Positions 1-13,800 of a stretch of DNA of 64,000 bases are shown here, piece after piece. The DNA comes from Oculina patagonica (lineage: Eukaryota), in contig NC_135771.1 of assembly GCF_052425735.1 (NCBI RefSeq), positions 3,782,001-3,846,000 on the forward strand, in the 5' to 3' direction. The position numbers and the translations under genes are program-made. The notes under the pieces were generated by a model. That model did no database searches. It was not told the origin of the DNA and was given only the letters and a program-made list of their open reading frames with translations. Position 1 is the first letter of the stretch, and each line of letters begins with the position of its first letter.

Positions 1-20
1 GACCGGATTCCGGACTCTTC

Positions 21-1267
21 ATGTCAGAAAGTTCGGATCGTGGATAAGCAAAGTTCGAATCACTTTGGTCGGTCTTCGTCGGCATGTTGACGAATTGTCG
101 AAAAAACAAGCAATGAAGCATGAAGCCCTCGGAAGCTTTATTTTGCTGGTCCTCTAGTGTAGCAGTTTCTATTGTTTATTTTTAGGGCTAGGGGAATTGT
201 TCCTGTTGTTTGTTCTATTGTTCTCTCGAAGGAAACGAGCCATTCATGTAAGACCTTGCGAGGACTGCTACCCGAGCCCCTAGGCAGCCAATAACCTAAT
301 TCGTGATGTTATCAATAAATGTCAGAAAGACCACATTTTAGCATATCCCTGACTATCACTTGATTTAAATAGGCGTCCTCAAGATAGGATCACTTACGCC
401 AGTACGCTGTATCATTGCCAGAGAAAAATCGGGTAAGATCAGTTTAAGTCCCAAAGTTAGTTTTCAAATTTGTTTCTTAGCAGGGCCTTAACGTAGCTCA
501 TCAGGACTGTAAATAATTCGAATCATATAAAATGCGAAAGGCGATACGCAATTTTTATTTAAAGAGGTTTTTATTAGGTATCGTCGTTTTTAATTAAATC
601 AGCTTTATCGTTTGAAGTTCTACTCTAGATCGTTGATGCTGTAACAGAAATTTTCTCTCACCTAACCTTACCTTTACTTTAACACGGTTGTCTTTTTAAA
701 GCTCAGAGAAGCTTGTGGGGCCGTGTTTCCCGATCGAATTAGAATTTAGAAGTAGTCCCTTGGTAGTGGGTTTTTTCACAGTCGCTATTAATTGATACTG
801 GAAACCGCAAGAGTGAAATTTTGATCGTTCTCCTTTAGATGCCACATACACAGATGCAGAAAGTCAAGTTAAGTTTGTGGTTCGCTTCTTTTTAAGGTTG
901 TTATTTTCTTCAGGAGGTCGCTAATCATGGCACAATAGCTCATACACGTGTAATTTGTTCGCTCGACACTTTAAAAAAAAAAATTCCCGGTATAATAATC
1001 TAACATAACTCGTGTTGCCAGAATTTTATAATGATAGCACTGACAAATTAAAAAAAAGATAGGAAAACATTCATCCGTTTCTATTTTATAACCTATATGA
1101 TATGAAAATTTATGATCAAGCAGCCACGTTAGATCTGAATTCTTGTCAAGGCAATCACCGTTGTCACGGTTGGAAACTAAATGAATTTTTAAACTTGGCA
1201 AAGTGAATACAAAACAAATGGCATCTCTAAATGTATTTTTCTTTCTAAATAACGACGGAACTTAAAG
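21..1267 (+). repeat. Copy 1 of a local duplication of about 1.1-1.2 kb
   Basis: Colinear with 2825-3909, with scattered substitutions and indels. Confidence 0.9.
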
Positions 1268-1400
1268 AATTGAAAGTAGTCTTAGGCCGGGTTAGGCTGA
1301 GGGCGCGGGAGACAACTGACACATCTGTTTGAAAATTTCGTTTGTAAACCTTGCTTTGAAAACATCTGCGTGTACTGAGTCGTTGTTACTTGGTTTCGTT

Positions 1401-1687
1401 TAGAGCAGTTTTCAATATTGAGTGTCGTAAAACCAAAACCAAAGTAATTACTCTGGCCAATCACAAAGGACACAGACAATTCAGTGAACCAATCAAAACT
1501 CGAAGCAAATACATGTAGCTGGCACGAAGCGCGGGAAAACGTGCGTGAGCGAGTCACGATTGGTTTTGGTTTTACTCCTGATTGGCTGAGAAAGTGGCGC
1601 GAAATCTTTAAGCCAATCACTAAGCGTAGCAATTCAAAACCAAAGCAAACGCAATTAATTTTCGACACTCAAGTAAAAAGCGCTCTA
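1401..1687. mobile_element. MITE (TA-flanked, CCAATCA-rich)
   Basis: Imperfect TIR TAGAGCAGTTTTCAA..GAGTGTCG / CGACACTC..AAAAGCGCTCTA. Confidence 0.75.
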
Positions 1688-2160
1688 ACGGGAATTCTAA
1701 AGAAGATTTTGTCTTCAGGAGCTTTTGCCCAAGCCAAACTGAAAAAGCGAACGAGAATGTTTTATTGGAGTGTTCATTAAGTGGGATTAGTCACTGCGTA
1801 GCACCACTTGCTTGAATATAAATTAAAAAAAAAAGCAGATGACTCTCGTTTTGTAAAACCAATTTAAATTCATAAAAAGAAATCCTTTGAAATTTACATT
1901 ATTTTTAAAGTTTTGCGTTACAAAAACTTAATAACGTCATAGTTCTTTTCAGTAACGCGAATTTCAACAAATCCATGCTATAGATTTTGCTTCTAAACGC
2001 ACTCTACCCGTGATGTTGATTTAAACGGAGAAAAATGTAAGCTGTGTGAGTTTTTATGGTTTTTGTGTTCTGGTCACGTGACTTACCAAATATGGTCATG
2101 ACTACCGGAAATGAAGGAAATCTTTAATAGAACAAACATGATCAAACACTAAACCCAGGA

Positions 2161-2570
2161 TACCGTAATGATTCGATTTAGCGCCCTCCTTCAAATAAGC
2201 GCCCCCTTCCGAATAAACGCCCCCCTTCGAATGTGTTTTTGTAAATAAGCGCCCCTATTCCAATAAGCGCCCCCATTCTAATTAAAGCCCCCGTTCTTAT
2301 AAGCACCCCTATTCTAATAAGTGCCCATATTGTGGATAACTGCCCATACTGAAGTCATTGACGTCAACTAGATAAACTCCTGTCCGTTCGCCGTACAGTT
2401 CATGTATATATTTACTGCTAAAATGAACAATTATTTTAAAAGTAACTGAACTTTAAACAAATTAAATAAGCGCCCTGTCCCGAATAAGCGCCCTGTCTCG
2501 AATAAGCGCCCTCCCTCGAGGTGCCAAAAGTAAATAAGCGCCCCGGGCGCTAAATCGAATCATTACGGTA
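2161..2570. mobile_element. Tc1/pogo-like MITE with ATAAGCGCCC subrepeats
   Basis: Perfect TIR TACCGTAATGATTCGATTTAGCGCCC; second copy at 51703-52145. Confidence 0.9.
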
Positions 2571-2824
2571 CTAAGGGCGCCCAAGATATGATGGTTAGAC
2601 GCCATCCATAACAGCCATACAACAGATACTTTACGAAGTTCGAATCACTTGGATTGGGATTGGATTGGGGGAGGGGGGTAAATAGGTTCGAGGATCGACG
2701 GATTTGGCCTTTAAAAGAGCACGAATTGTGGATTTTTAGCGATACATTGAGCGGATTTGCAGATTTCGAAAGTAGAGCGGATCACGGATTAACTGAGAAT
2801 TTTATGTCTTTATGTCTTTTTTTT

Positions 2825-3909
2825 ATGTCAGGAAGTTCGGATCGAGGATAAACGAAGTTCGAATCGCTTTGGTTGGTCTTCGTCGTTATGTTGGCGAATT
2901 GTCGAAAAAACAAGCAATGTAGCACGCAGCTCTCGGAAGCTTTATTTACTGGTCCTCTAGTGTAGCAGTTTCTATTGTTATTTCTGGGGCTAGGGGCATT
3001 GTTCCTGTTGTTTGTTCTATTGTTCTCTCGAAGGAAACGAGCCATTCATGTAAGACCTTGCGAGGACTGCTACCCGAGCCCCTAGGCAGCCAATAACCTA
3101 ATTCTAGATGTTACCAATAAGTATCAGAAAGACCACATTTTAGCATATCCCCGCTATCACTTGATTTAAATAGGCGTCCTCAAGATAGGATCACTTACGC
3201 CAGTACGAAGAACTCAGCTAAGATCAGTTTAACTCCCAAAGTTAGTTTTCAAATTTGTTTCTTAGCACGGCCTTAACGTGACAAATCAGGGCCGACCCAA
3301 CTGTTAATAATGCGAATCGTGGAAAATGCGAAAGCCTATGCGCAATTTTTATTTTAAAACTTACGTGTCAAGGTGTCGTTGTTTTTAATTAAATCAGCCT
3401 TCATCGTTTGCAGTTTTAAAGTTTATAGAAGCTTTTAGTGCCGTGTTTTTCCGATCGATTTAGAATTTGGAAGTAGTGTTTTTCGACAGTCGCTATTAAT
3501 TGATACTGAAAACCGCGAGAGTGAAATTTTGAACGGTCTCCTATAGCTAAAGACGCCACATACACAGATGCAGAAAGTCAAGCTACGTCTGTAGTTCGTT
3601 CGGGTTGTTATTTTCTTCACGAGGTCGCTATATAATAAACAAACATGACTCGCGTTACTAGAATTTTATTATGATAACACTAACAAATAAAAAAACATAG
3701 GAAAGAAAGCATCCATCCATTTCTATTTTATAAACTATATGATATGAAAATTCATGATCAAGAGGCCACGTTGGTTCTGAATTCTTGTCAAGGCAATCAC
3801 CGTTGTCACGGTCGGAAACTTTATGAATTTTTAAACTTGGCAAAGTGAATACAAAACAAATAATACCTTTAAATGTATTTTTCTTTCTTAATTACGACGG
3901 AAATTAAAG
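2825..3909 (+). repeat. Copy 2 of the local duplication
   Basis: Colinear with 21-1267. Confidence 0.9.
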
Positions 3910-4206
3910 GAGCTCAGTGTCACGGAGATTTCGCAGAATTTTTGGTATAAAATGTTCTGAAATAAGTGGTAGGCAACTTTACCCATGAAAAATATTATCT
4001 TTGAACATTTAACTAAAGATATAATTTTTTTTCGGGGATAGAAATCAAACTTTGGCTATAAATATCGATTTGTTTGAAGAAAGAAGTTAATCACATAATA
4101 CTTGTAAGGAAAATTAACACATGAGGGACACTTTAATTAAATGCTTATTTTCTGATAATTATTAAAGATTCAGTTAGACTGCTTCACAAGTTCAAGACAA
4201 AGAAAA

Positions 4207-7200
4207 ATGTTGCGTTTGTTGGCTCTTTGTCTCTTTGCAGTGCTGTTTGGTAGCACAGGTAAGCTTTGATTCGTATTTTACTGTAATCTATTTTCCATGC
4301 CCAGTGCAATAGCCACGGACTTGACCAGTTTTAACACACATCTATTCCCTAACACCTTCGATAACAGCTTCCTAACTCCCAAGTAGGGAGTAGCTAAATC
4401 ATATTTTCTTTGGTCCTAAGACCACAAGTGATCAAAATATCATTTCTTCGTACGATACAAACATATGCTTAAATAGAGCCTATTAATACTGACGGGAAAT
4501 GAGAACATACGAAACTATCAAATGAAAATAAAAATAATAAAGATGGAATGTTTATTTGTCACGAGCATGGGACAAAAAAACATTCTGAGTCCCCGACGGG
4601 CGACGGGAATCGAATCGAACGCATGACCTCCCAGAATACCGGTTGGGCGCTCTAACCAACTGAGCTACGAGAGACTCGTGGTGAGCTGGGCCATTTACTA
4701 GCTTGATAAGAGACACGCATCCTGCATACTGCCAAAGTCAGCAATGTCGAAAGCATCAAGTGTGTAATATATAATAAAATATGGCTCAAGTGAGTTTAGG
4801 AATGGGTCAAGCTAAATTTTGGAGGGGGGGGGGGGGGTGGTCTAATCTAAAAGCTATTTAAGTTTTCGCTTATAATCTTGCATAAAATGAAATGTTTGTA
4901 CGAAATGTTTCAGTTTTTGGTTTAAAGGTCATTCCTGCTTGGTCACGTGACATACCACACCCAATTATTGATATTAATTTCAAACCAAATTACGAGAACT
5001 TGCAAATATAATTATTGACTAATTTTGATTTCTGCGAATGGCTCTAACTACCAAGTATAGAGAACTAATCGGGGATTTACAAATTTAATTCTTTTGTTTC
5101 AATTACAACGTCTTTCCTTTGGAGAGGGACTGGGACTAGGCCTTTCTCGATTATGCTAGTAAAACTGGCATTTAATGCTACTAGAAATTCTCGCATAAAG
5201 CCAAAAAAAATGCTAAAATAATGCCTGTTTTCTTTAAAAAATGCCACTTAAATTCCAAAGAATGCTTTGTTTTATTTCAAACAAAACGTATAAACTCTTA
5301 CATTATATGCTCAAAATAACAACAGGTGATACTTATTAATTGTTTGTTTATAAAACCTGGGCCAGAATTAAAACTTTTCCAGCCAACAGCAACTAAAAAG
5401 TCATATTTGAAGCACTACCATGGTCTATCTTGCAAGTTCGTGGCCGACGCCATCTTGGCTGGGCAAGAGAAAGAGTTACCCGCTGGCCGCTGACCACCCA
5501 TACTTTTTTTCCGTTGGTGTACACACACAAGTAACACAATGCACAAACAGTCGAAACAGACAGAAAACAATCAAATTAAGTAATCAATATTGTGAAACTT
5601 TAGGATTATTTATTTTCCTTCTGAGTTCTGAGTGCTGAAATCTGGATCACAGTCATGACAAATGACAGAAAATGCTAGCAATTCTTTTTCAAGAAAAAAC
5701 GAAAAAAAATGCTCGTTTTCCCAAAAAATGCCGAAAAAAATGCTAGCATAATCGAGAAAGGCCTAACTGGGACTAGGCAAAATAGGAAATATTGAAGAAA
5801 TAATAAACATTTTTCAGAATCCCCGTTTAGCAGGACGTTTGACTAGGTGAGGTAAAGATTTTAAGAGAGAAAACGAGAGTTTTCTTGTACATCCACTTCC
5901 CGTTACTTAAATACACATATAATTTTTGAGTCTAATGCTTGCGTGCGCTTTGCGCATGCGCATTAGACTCTTTGTTATATGAAAAAAAGCTGTTAGCAAT
6001 CCCAAGGGAATGGTTCGGGATCGATAATCGTTCGCTGTAATGTAGAAAACAATGATCAGCTGCAAGAACGGACTCCGTACGGACACGCACGATTAGTTTC
6101 AATTAAAAACAGCCAATCAGCGACACGTGTTCCCACGCATAATTAAAAGTTCTTTCTCAAGTCACGATTATTCAACACTTGAACAGGACGAAATAATTTT
6201 CCAGTTAAGACATTTGTAAGCTTTTTGTGAAAATAAATCTTCGTTTTCAGTTCAGTTAAGCACTTGTGTTTTCGTCTTGCTTAAAAAGCAAGACGTCTTT
6301 GAGAAAAAAATATTTCGACGGCGACTCGCGTTTATTTACACAATGCGACCAAATCAGTTATTTTGTTTTAAAAAATAGAAAACTTTACCTCGGTTTTTGT
6401 ATTTAAGTCATTCGAATTTTGACCAATTTTTTCTTTACAGTGCAAACAAAGACCTTCAAAAATAAAAGATGTACATGGATAAATGTAAATCAAGTTACGC
6501 GACTAAATCAAAATGCGTTTGTTTGGCCGCTTTGCAGTATTACACTGTCCCGGCCTTTGCCATACACTGAAATCGAATTTCATGCTTTTACGACTCTCAG
6601 AGATCTTAAGTTCTTCTTACAGCTAGAAAAATCATAAAATGGTTACATTGATATGGAAGTGATGATTCGCGAAATTTGTACATCATGATAAACAGTCTTC
6701 GCTCCTGTGTATGGTAGCTCGATAATAATTGCCTAGTTTCCAGCGTTCAAAAGGTCATCATTATATTGACGTGAGCATTTACACCCGTTTTTAGGAAAAT
6801 CTGTCACTAAGTGCTTACAGTACAATGGAGTAACAGTCACTATTTCAAGTGCTTTTATTGCAAAATCTGTTTCAAGAGTCATCATCAAAATGGTGAAAAA
6901 TCTGAAAGAAAACGATGTGAAGTTCTTCAACCCTTGTTGTAATGAACATGCTTTTTGTAAATCGTCACGCAATCTTGTCCAAATGTTTAATCGTTTCTGC
7001 TTTTACGGACAATACGGAAGAAGTAACATCAACTCCTGTTCATACTTTAAATTTTGTGAAGCATATAACATTTATGACTGTTTCGTTTTCATCCATAATC
7101 ATCCACGATGCCCCTAGCTTGCTATAAGCATTTTAAATTAAACTCCCGAACACAAACCTCTAACCAATTTTAACCGGCTTACGAAAACCGCGCAATCTGT

Positions 7201-10145
7201 ATCACTATGCCATACGGCATTAGACTCATGTCACCCTTGGTGACCTATTTTTACAGTTGTTGGCGTGGTCAGTCACGTGACCACCTGAAGCTGAGCCAAT
7301 CATTAGAAAATTTCATTTCATATACAATAAAACAAAAAGACGCAACGTTTTTAAGGAAAAGAATAAATCAAGAAGAAATGATCAAAACGTCGCATTAAAA
7401 CAAGAACCATGCCTTAATTCACGTGAGGGTGAAATAAATTTTAGCCTCGGAGAATAAATGAAAGTAAATAAGTAACAAAAATAATCTCGTTTTGGCTGCT
7501 CACCAAATTATTCGAAAAAATACATGTCAATCAACAAGACAAATTTTAAAAAAGCTTGCGATATTTAGTCCCAACTTTTTAACTGTGCACAAAGATAAAT
7601 AGAGATGTTATAGCACTGATCGCTTTCCACGAATTTTTAACAAAATAGATTGGAACATATTTACAAACAAAGACATCACTTAGGGACGGATCATTATTTT
7701 TTGGGAAAGGGGGGTGGGATATGAAAAATACTGAAAAAGTTGTTTGCAGGGCCCAGATAGACAAAATAAATTGTTTGCATACACAATATGTATAACAAAG
7801 ATGCATAAACTAAAAAAAGTTTGCAGAGGAAAAATTTTTATAACCGCCCTCAAAGAAAATAATGGTCCGTCCCTTATATTATTCTCTGTATTTATAGAGG
7901 GAAAACCTGACGTGGTCACGGTTTCGGAAGGCGAGGAGATGTCACTAGACTGCGGCACAAACTTCATTCATATTGTGAGCGCGGCGTATGGATTCCCTGA
8001 AAAGCAGTGCTTTGCTGGTCGTTCAGTGGAGGTAGCTATGTACGAGTGTCAGGGGCAGCATAGATGCACTCTGTACGCTGAAAACTCCGCATTTGGAGAT
8101 CCGTGCGATGGTGTCACAAAGAATCTGGCGGTGAGCTCTATAAACTTAATTATAAACAGCATTTTTTGAGCATTTGAACCCTGATTTGAGCTCTATAAAC
8201 TTAATTATAAACAGCATTTTTTGAGCATTTGAACCCTGATTTGAGCTCTGTAAACTGAATTATATACAGCATTTTTGAGCATTTGAACCCTGATTTGAGC
8301 TCTGTAAACTGAATTATATACAGCATTTTTGAGCCTTGATTGAAGTTCTGTAAACTGTTTGTCATTCATTTCTGTTGTTTGCATGGTCAAGTTCCTTAAA
8401 ATGCTGATGGTGACACTAAAAAATATATGGAATAATATGCTTCTCTGAGAATTTTGAGAGTTTTCAATTTTTGTTTTGTGACTTATTTAAACTTAAGAGA
8501 TTTGTATGGAGAAAGTCACCCTAGCCTGCCTAGCCTCGTTTTCATGTTTTGGCCATACACTGATTAACTTTCACTTTGTCTTTAAGTTTAAGTAATTTAA
8601 ATTTGGTGACAAATGATTCTTCTGGGATCCGAAATTTCAATTTTTTCTCTCGGGCAAAATAATCAAAATTTCAAAATGGCAACATAAGAGTAAAAACAGA
8701 TACGCTGTTGCTGAAAATCTGGTATAACTTGAATTACCTTTAACTGGGCAGAATATGGGCAGTATAGCTATACCGTAGAATTCCGGTTATAAGCCCTGGG
8801 CTTATACAACTTCGTAAGGGTTTTTGGGTGGGCTTATAAGCGGAGGGGCTTATATTCGGGAGGGCTTATAAGCGGAAGGAAAAAAACGTTTCGAAACGAG
8901 CCTCGAGAGTGTTGATCGAAATACGTTTTTAAGTTAAAAACGCACAAAAAAGCAACATTTAGCCCTGTTCAGTACTGTCATCCGGTAGAGGGGGGCTTAT
9001 ATCCGGGGGGGCTTATAACCGGATGTATTTTTTTGTTTCCAGGTTGATGGGCCTATAACCGGGGGGCTTATAAGCGGGGGGGCTTATAACCGGAATTTTA
9101 CGGTAATCTTGTACAAAACTGTTGAAACACAAATCTCCACTAATTTAGGTAACAGAGTTCAGTTTTGCTCCCCCCCCTCCCATCCCTCCCCCCATTTCAA
9201 TGTTGTTAATGCTGTAGAGTTTTCAAAACAAAGCCTGTCGAACCGCAAACCTCAAGAAAAATGCGTGAAATGCGTTTGTTTCAACCAGTTTTGTCCAAGA
9301 TTGTAGGTCTGAGCAGAATGTGCACAAAAAATGAATTTTTATGAGCACTGCTGCTGGCAAAAATGGCTAGTTTACCGGCACAATTTTTCAACCAATAAAA
9401 AAATCAGAAAACGAAAAAAACCAAAGCACAAATAAAACTGAAGAGACAAAGGATGAAATTAGTAAAGATTTTATAAAAAAAGCAAAAAATAAAACTGAGA
9501 GGTTTTTGCATTGCCTCGCAACAGGTTGACTACTCATGTGTGAGTACACCGCCTTTTCAAGGCTTCCTGGTGCGGACTTGCGAAGATGAAGTACTTGATA
9601 TCAGTTGCCCAACGAATATCAACATCATTTCGGCGAACTACGGCCGTACGACTGGTGAACAAATCTGTAATGGTGATGACGTATCAAACACAAACTGCGG
9701 AGCTGCGGAGTCCATTGACATCGTAAGAACCGAGTGCCAAGGGAAACAGGAATGCTCATTGAAGGCATCAAACGACGTATTTGGCGACCCTTGTGATGGC
9801 ATAACAAAGTATCTGGAGGTAAGGATCATTTAGAGCAGGAGTTTTTCAGTTTTGACAGTTTTGTATGCTCCCCTTTCACTCATTCTCCTCTCTAACCAAA
9901 ATCTTGTGGTGAGTTCAAGCCTGTAAGGGGAAAGTAAATTTCGATGATAGCAATCGTGCGTCATGTCAGGTCCAAATAAACTTATCGATGCGTAATGGAT
10001 TCCTAATACTTTTTGGTAGGATTCTTTCCCTTTGAAGAGATTTTATAGGAGATATATTTCCAGCCCCTTTTTCTCCCCAGAATTTAATAAAACTAATTGT
10101 CCAATTTATATCATTTTGCAACAGGTTAGATACGAATGTGAGTGA
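4207..10145 (+). CDS. Secreted tandem two-domain SUEL/rhamnose-binding lectin, paralog 1 (acidic); coding exons 4207-4258, 7898-8130, 9525-9818, 10125-10145
   Basis: Signal-peptide exon MLRLLALCLFAVLFGST (phase 1). Exons have AG/GT borders in consistent phase. Domain 2 has CE, ANYGR, FGDPC and KYLE; terminal exon is VRYECE*. Domain 1 is degenerate (YGF, KNL). Confidence 0.88.
4545..4765 (-). mobile_element. tRNA-like SINE/repeat
   Basis: Minus strand TAGCTCAGTTGGTTAGAGCG and a disrupted GTTCGATTC; no complete cloverleaf. Confidence 0.65.
5137..5765. mobile_element. hAT-type non-autonomous element
   Basis: 23-bp TIR TAGGCCTTTCTCGATTATGCTAG; 8-bp TSD ACTGGGAC. Confidence 0.9.
7680..7876. mobile_element. 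PIF/Harbinger-like MITE just upstream of lectin 1 exon 2
   Basis: TIR AGGGACGGA(T/C)CATTATTTT. Confidence 0.7.
8131..8335 (+). repeat. Tandem repeat of about 55 bp, about 3.6 copies, starting at the exon 2 donor
   Basis: Unit GAGCTCT(A/G)TAAACT(T/G)AATTATA(A/T)ACAGCATTTTTTGAGCATTTGAACCCTGATTT. Confidence 0.9.
8771..9105. mobile_element. MITE with GGGCTTATA subrepeats
   Basis: TIR TACCGTAGAATTCCGGTTATAAGCCC; other copies at 44791-45110 and (inverted, partial) about 24615-24900. Confidence 0.88.
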
Positions 10146-10880
10146 CCGTGACAACATGGCCTGCAGTGCGTCAAAAACCTGAAAGTTGATTAAAAAAGAA
10201 ATGATCAAATGTAGCTTGTAGAGTTTCCTTGAAGAGATCATTAAACTTCTTATTGACGCTGGTTATTGTCTCTGCCTCTATTAGTATTTGCTTTAGTTCT
10301 AAAGCTACTTGCTTTCCAATTACCTATCCCAATCCGCAGAGGCCGCCAGTTAATCTGAAATGTGCGCAGAGATATTCTCTTTCAAGTTAAACGCGCAGAT
10401 ATTGCTAAAAGGGAAATAAATAGCGCCCGGTCAGCGATAGGCATGGATAAATTCTGCCGGTAGAATTTCGAATCAAAAGGCACGCATGAAAAAAAAACGC
10501 TTTAACACAATTGGCTACTGATTTGCGAAAAAAAGCACTTAGTTTTAAACTCATCTGATACATGACACATACTGCTATATATTTCTATGATAAAAGAATT
10601 TACACGTAGATGTGACAGGAAAGATTTTAAAAACAAAAGCTTTTTAACAAGAAAGAGTAACGATCCAATTATATTGACCAGTGTCTTCTACTTCCTGTAC
10701 GATTGAACACTTTCTAATGCGGGAGAAAAGAACGAAGTTCGATTTCTAAAATATTCATATGGGAGTGATCACGAAGCTGTTACTGAGAATCAAAACAGCT
10801 GTGTTTCCATGCCATTTCTAGCTCTTCCTTTCTCGTGATTGTTTTCATAACAAAAAGGTTGCTTAAAATAAGTTAAATTA

Positions 10881-13800
10881 CATTCTCGTCCCCAGAGGCC
10901 GCGATCCTTCTGGTCAGCACCCGGGATCGAGACCTCTGGCCGGCTCCAATTTCAAGTCCGCGAATCGCGGACTTCCGGTCCTTCTGCGCAAGCTCAGACA
11001 GTTTTCAAAATGGCGGACCAAAAAGAAAAGAATTATGAAGCTTTGAAGGTCTTTGAAACAGTTAGCGGTCAAGAGCAAAGATGTGTTAGCGATGGCGAAT
11101 CATTGATTTATCAACTTTTTCCTCCGGTACTGAATTTATGGAAGATCGTCCGCGAGAAAGTCTACTGTGGCAGTTATTTTACCGTTAAATGTACCGATTT
11201 GCGATCACAAAATTATCAGCACTTTACGCAGCTTTACGTCTGCACGAGAGATGATGGCAGAGATGACGCATAATCGATGTTGTTGACTGACTACCATAAG
11301 AAGAAAAAAAAAACGCTTTTAAGCAAAAGGTACGAGGGATTGTTGTGGATGAAGTTTATCTCGCAATCGATTGGTAAGCAGTTTTTATGTAGTAATTTTA
11401 TTGTTTTTAAAATCTGTAAGCTTACTTTAGCTAGGTTTTTCTCCAGTCGATTGAGAGTGAACAACAGAAAGTTAAAGGGCTAAATAAAATGCAGAAAATG
11501 TTATTGAATGCGTCTTTTGTCTTTATTATTATCCATTCCAGCATAATTATGTCAAGGATTCAGCTGATAAATGTGTGATTCCAGGAAAAAACATTTCTGC
11601 AAGGAATTATATAAATTTATCATAGGAAGCTAGAGTGAATATTCCATGGATATTTTTTCCCAGCTAGATTTTACTTGGACTACTTGGAGAACTGGGAAGC
11701 CCCTCTTTCAGGAATATGTAGCCTGGCCCATAACTTCTAACTTCCAAGTTTGAAGTTGTGAGATATTTAGGAAGTTAAATTCAAAGTGGAAAATTCATGC
11801 AAATTGTTGGGCATGGTTATTATTAAATGGCATTGACTCGGCAATCAAACTTGAAAAAAATGCAGTAGGTTTGATTATAAAATTCAGTCCCACCAATTAT
11901 ATGTTATGTGCCAGGTATAAATAGGTTTTGCACTCCTATTTTGTTACACATAATGTGCATGCTGGCAATTTTAGTCTACACACAGAGATCATTTATTTTC
12001 CCCAGTATACTATATGTACATCCCATCATCCATATATTCCTCTAATCGTTATTATATCAATGGGCTTGTTTATGTCAGTTTTGTTGTTTGAATTAAGACC
12101 AATTTTAGGTCAGCATATTCCAAGCTTGAAATGGTTCCCTCACAAGTATCTTTCTCAACACTTCACTGCTTGGTTTAGCTACTGCTAGAAAGGCAATGTA
12201 GAAAAAAAAATCGAAAAATAACTGGGCATGATTGCCATAGAGACTAACAAAACGCCTGGAAAAGGATAGTCCCCCTTTATTTAGCCTCTTCAAGGTCTAC
12301 AAAAATAGAATCAAACATTTATTATTAAATATGTGGAAAGAAAACACTTAACAAAGGTATACGTATACATTTATGAACTGGACTCTGTTCTTAAATTAAT
12401 TAATCAATGTACACTACATTGACAAGGAAGTGATCAATTTGGGGCTCACACTATACAAAGCTATACTGAACTGAACTTTAATTCCCTCACAGCTTTTTAC
12501 AAAAAAAACTAAATGACAACCTTCATGTGTTCATGTTTACAATTAACTGTGGCCTCTGCTTGTTAATATAATGGTCCTGTAAACAAAAAGTAGCTTCATT
12601 TATACAGTGTGAGCTGTGGTTACTCCTTCAGGCATCCACCATACAAACTCATGAAAATTATGAAAGCAGGTAAACCATATGCTTGGAGTGTGGGACTTGT
12701 AAAATAGTGGAGCTGCAATTACTCTCCATGCAGAGCAATGTTGATAACTTTCAGTTCTTAAATTTAGTACACGGTTCAGGATTTCACAGATCAAAATTGA
12801 AAGGAGATTTCTTCACATATTTTTGGAGGCAATTTTCAAGAGGGACTGCTGAAGCATATTCACTCCTGCTCTTACTTGTATGGCTACAGCTGGTATAATA
12901 GTCCATTTTACAGTTGCATGCCAAGTGACCTGGCCTTTGAATGGTAGTGAGGCTGGAGGTGACCTTGCATTGTACAAACCTCTTGCTTTTTCATGTAATG
13001 CAAACTTGCTCAGAAAAACTTGATTTACACGACAAAAGCAGTAAGGTCTGTATCAAAACAAGGTGACCTCCAGCCTCACTTCCATTCAAAGGCCAGGTCA
13101 CTGAGCAGACAACTGTAAAATGGTATATTGTGCAAGATGCATAGGTTGCGGTGTCTGACATTTGCGGACTGCAGACTTTCACCCTGGTTAGCCTACTTCA
13201 CACTACGGTTAGCCTACTATTTACTCCGGTTAGCTTTAATAGCACTTTATGGTTAGCCTGTTTATGGAAATGGTAACATGATATATTCTCTTTGTCTGCA
13301 ATCTGCAAATGTCATGGACACTACACAGGTTATGCTCACTGCTGGTGTAAATGATAGAGGATGTTGATTTATCTCAGTTCAGTTGGCTGCATAATTTTAG
13401 TACACAATCAATAATTAAATTACTAGTATATGAAAGAAAAGTAAAACAAACCCTAATGTGAAAACCCTGAGTCATGCATGTGCACTACCAAGTACCGGGG
13501 TAATGTTAAGTGAGAAGAGGATGAAAAGTGGCACCCATGCAATGGACATCTCATTTATCCTTGTTTAGCTGTTAGGTATCAGCATGCCATAGTCACATGC
13601 AATTGTGTACGGGAAAATGTTTGTAGGGGGAGGGGGGGGGGGGGGATGCGCTTTACATTATTTGCCGAAACTCCCTGGTCACACATTCAAGATGATTCTT
13701 TTGTAATGTCACATTAAATCAGCATACCATGAGAGCACAGGTGATCAAATAGTACAAATAGTTTTATTGGTAAATCAAGATCAACATTATTAAAACTGAC

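Noticed and set aside
471-510. Minus-strand CUGAUGA..GAAAC
   Set aside because: No stem II adjacent to the core and no stem I.
1282-1780. 128-aa and 98-aa ORFs
   Set aside because: They lie largely within a MITE and have no protein motifs.
10201-10245. SECIS-like AUGA..GA in the lectin 3' UTR with TGA stops in paralogs 1 and 4
   Set aside because: No proper SECIS helix or apical AA geometry, and the block is equally present after the TAA stops of paralogs 2 and 3.
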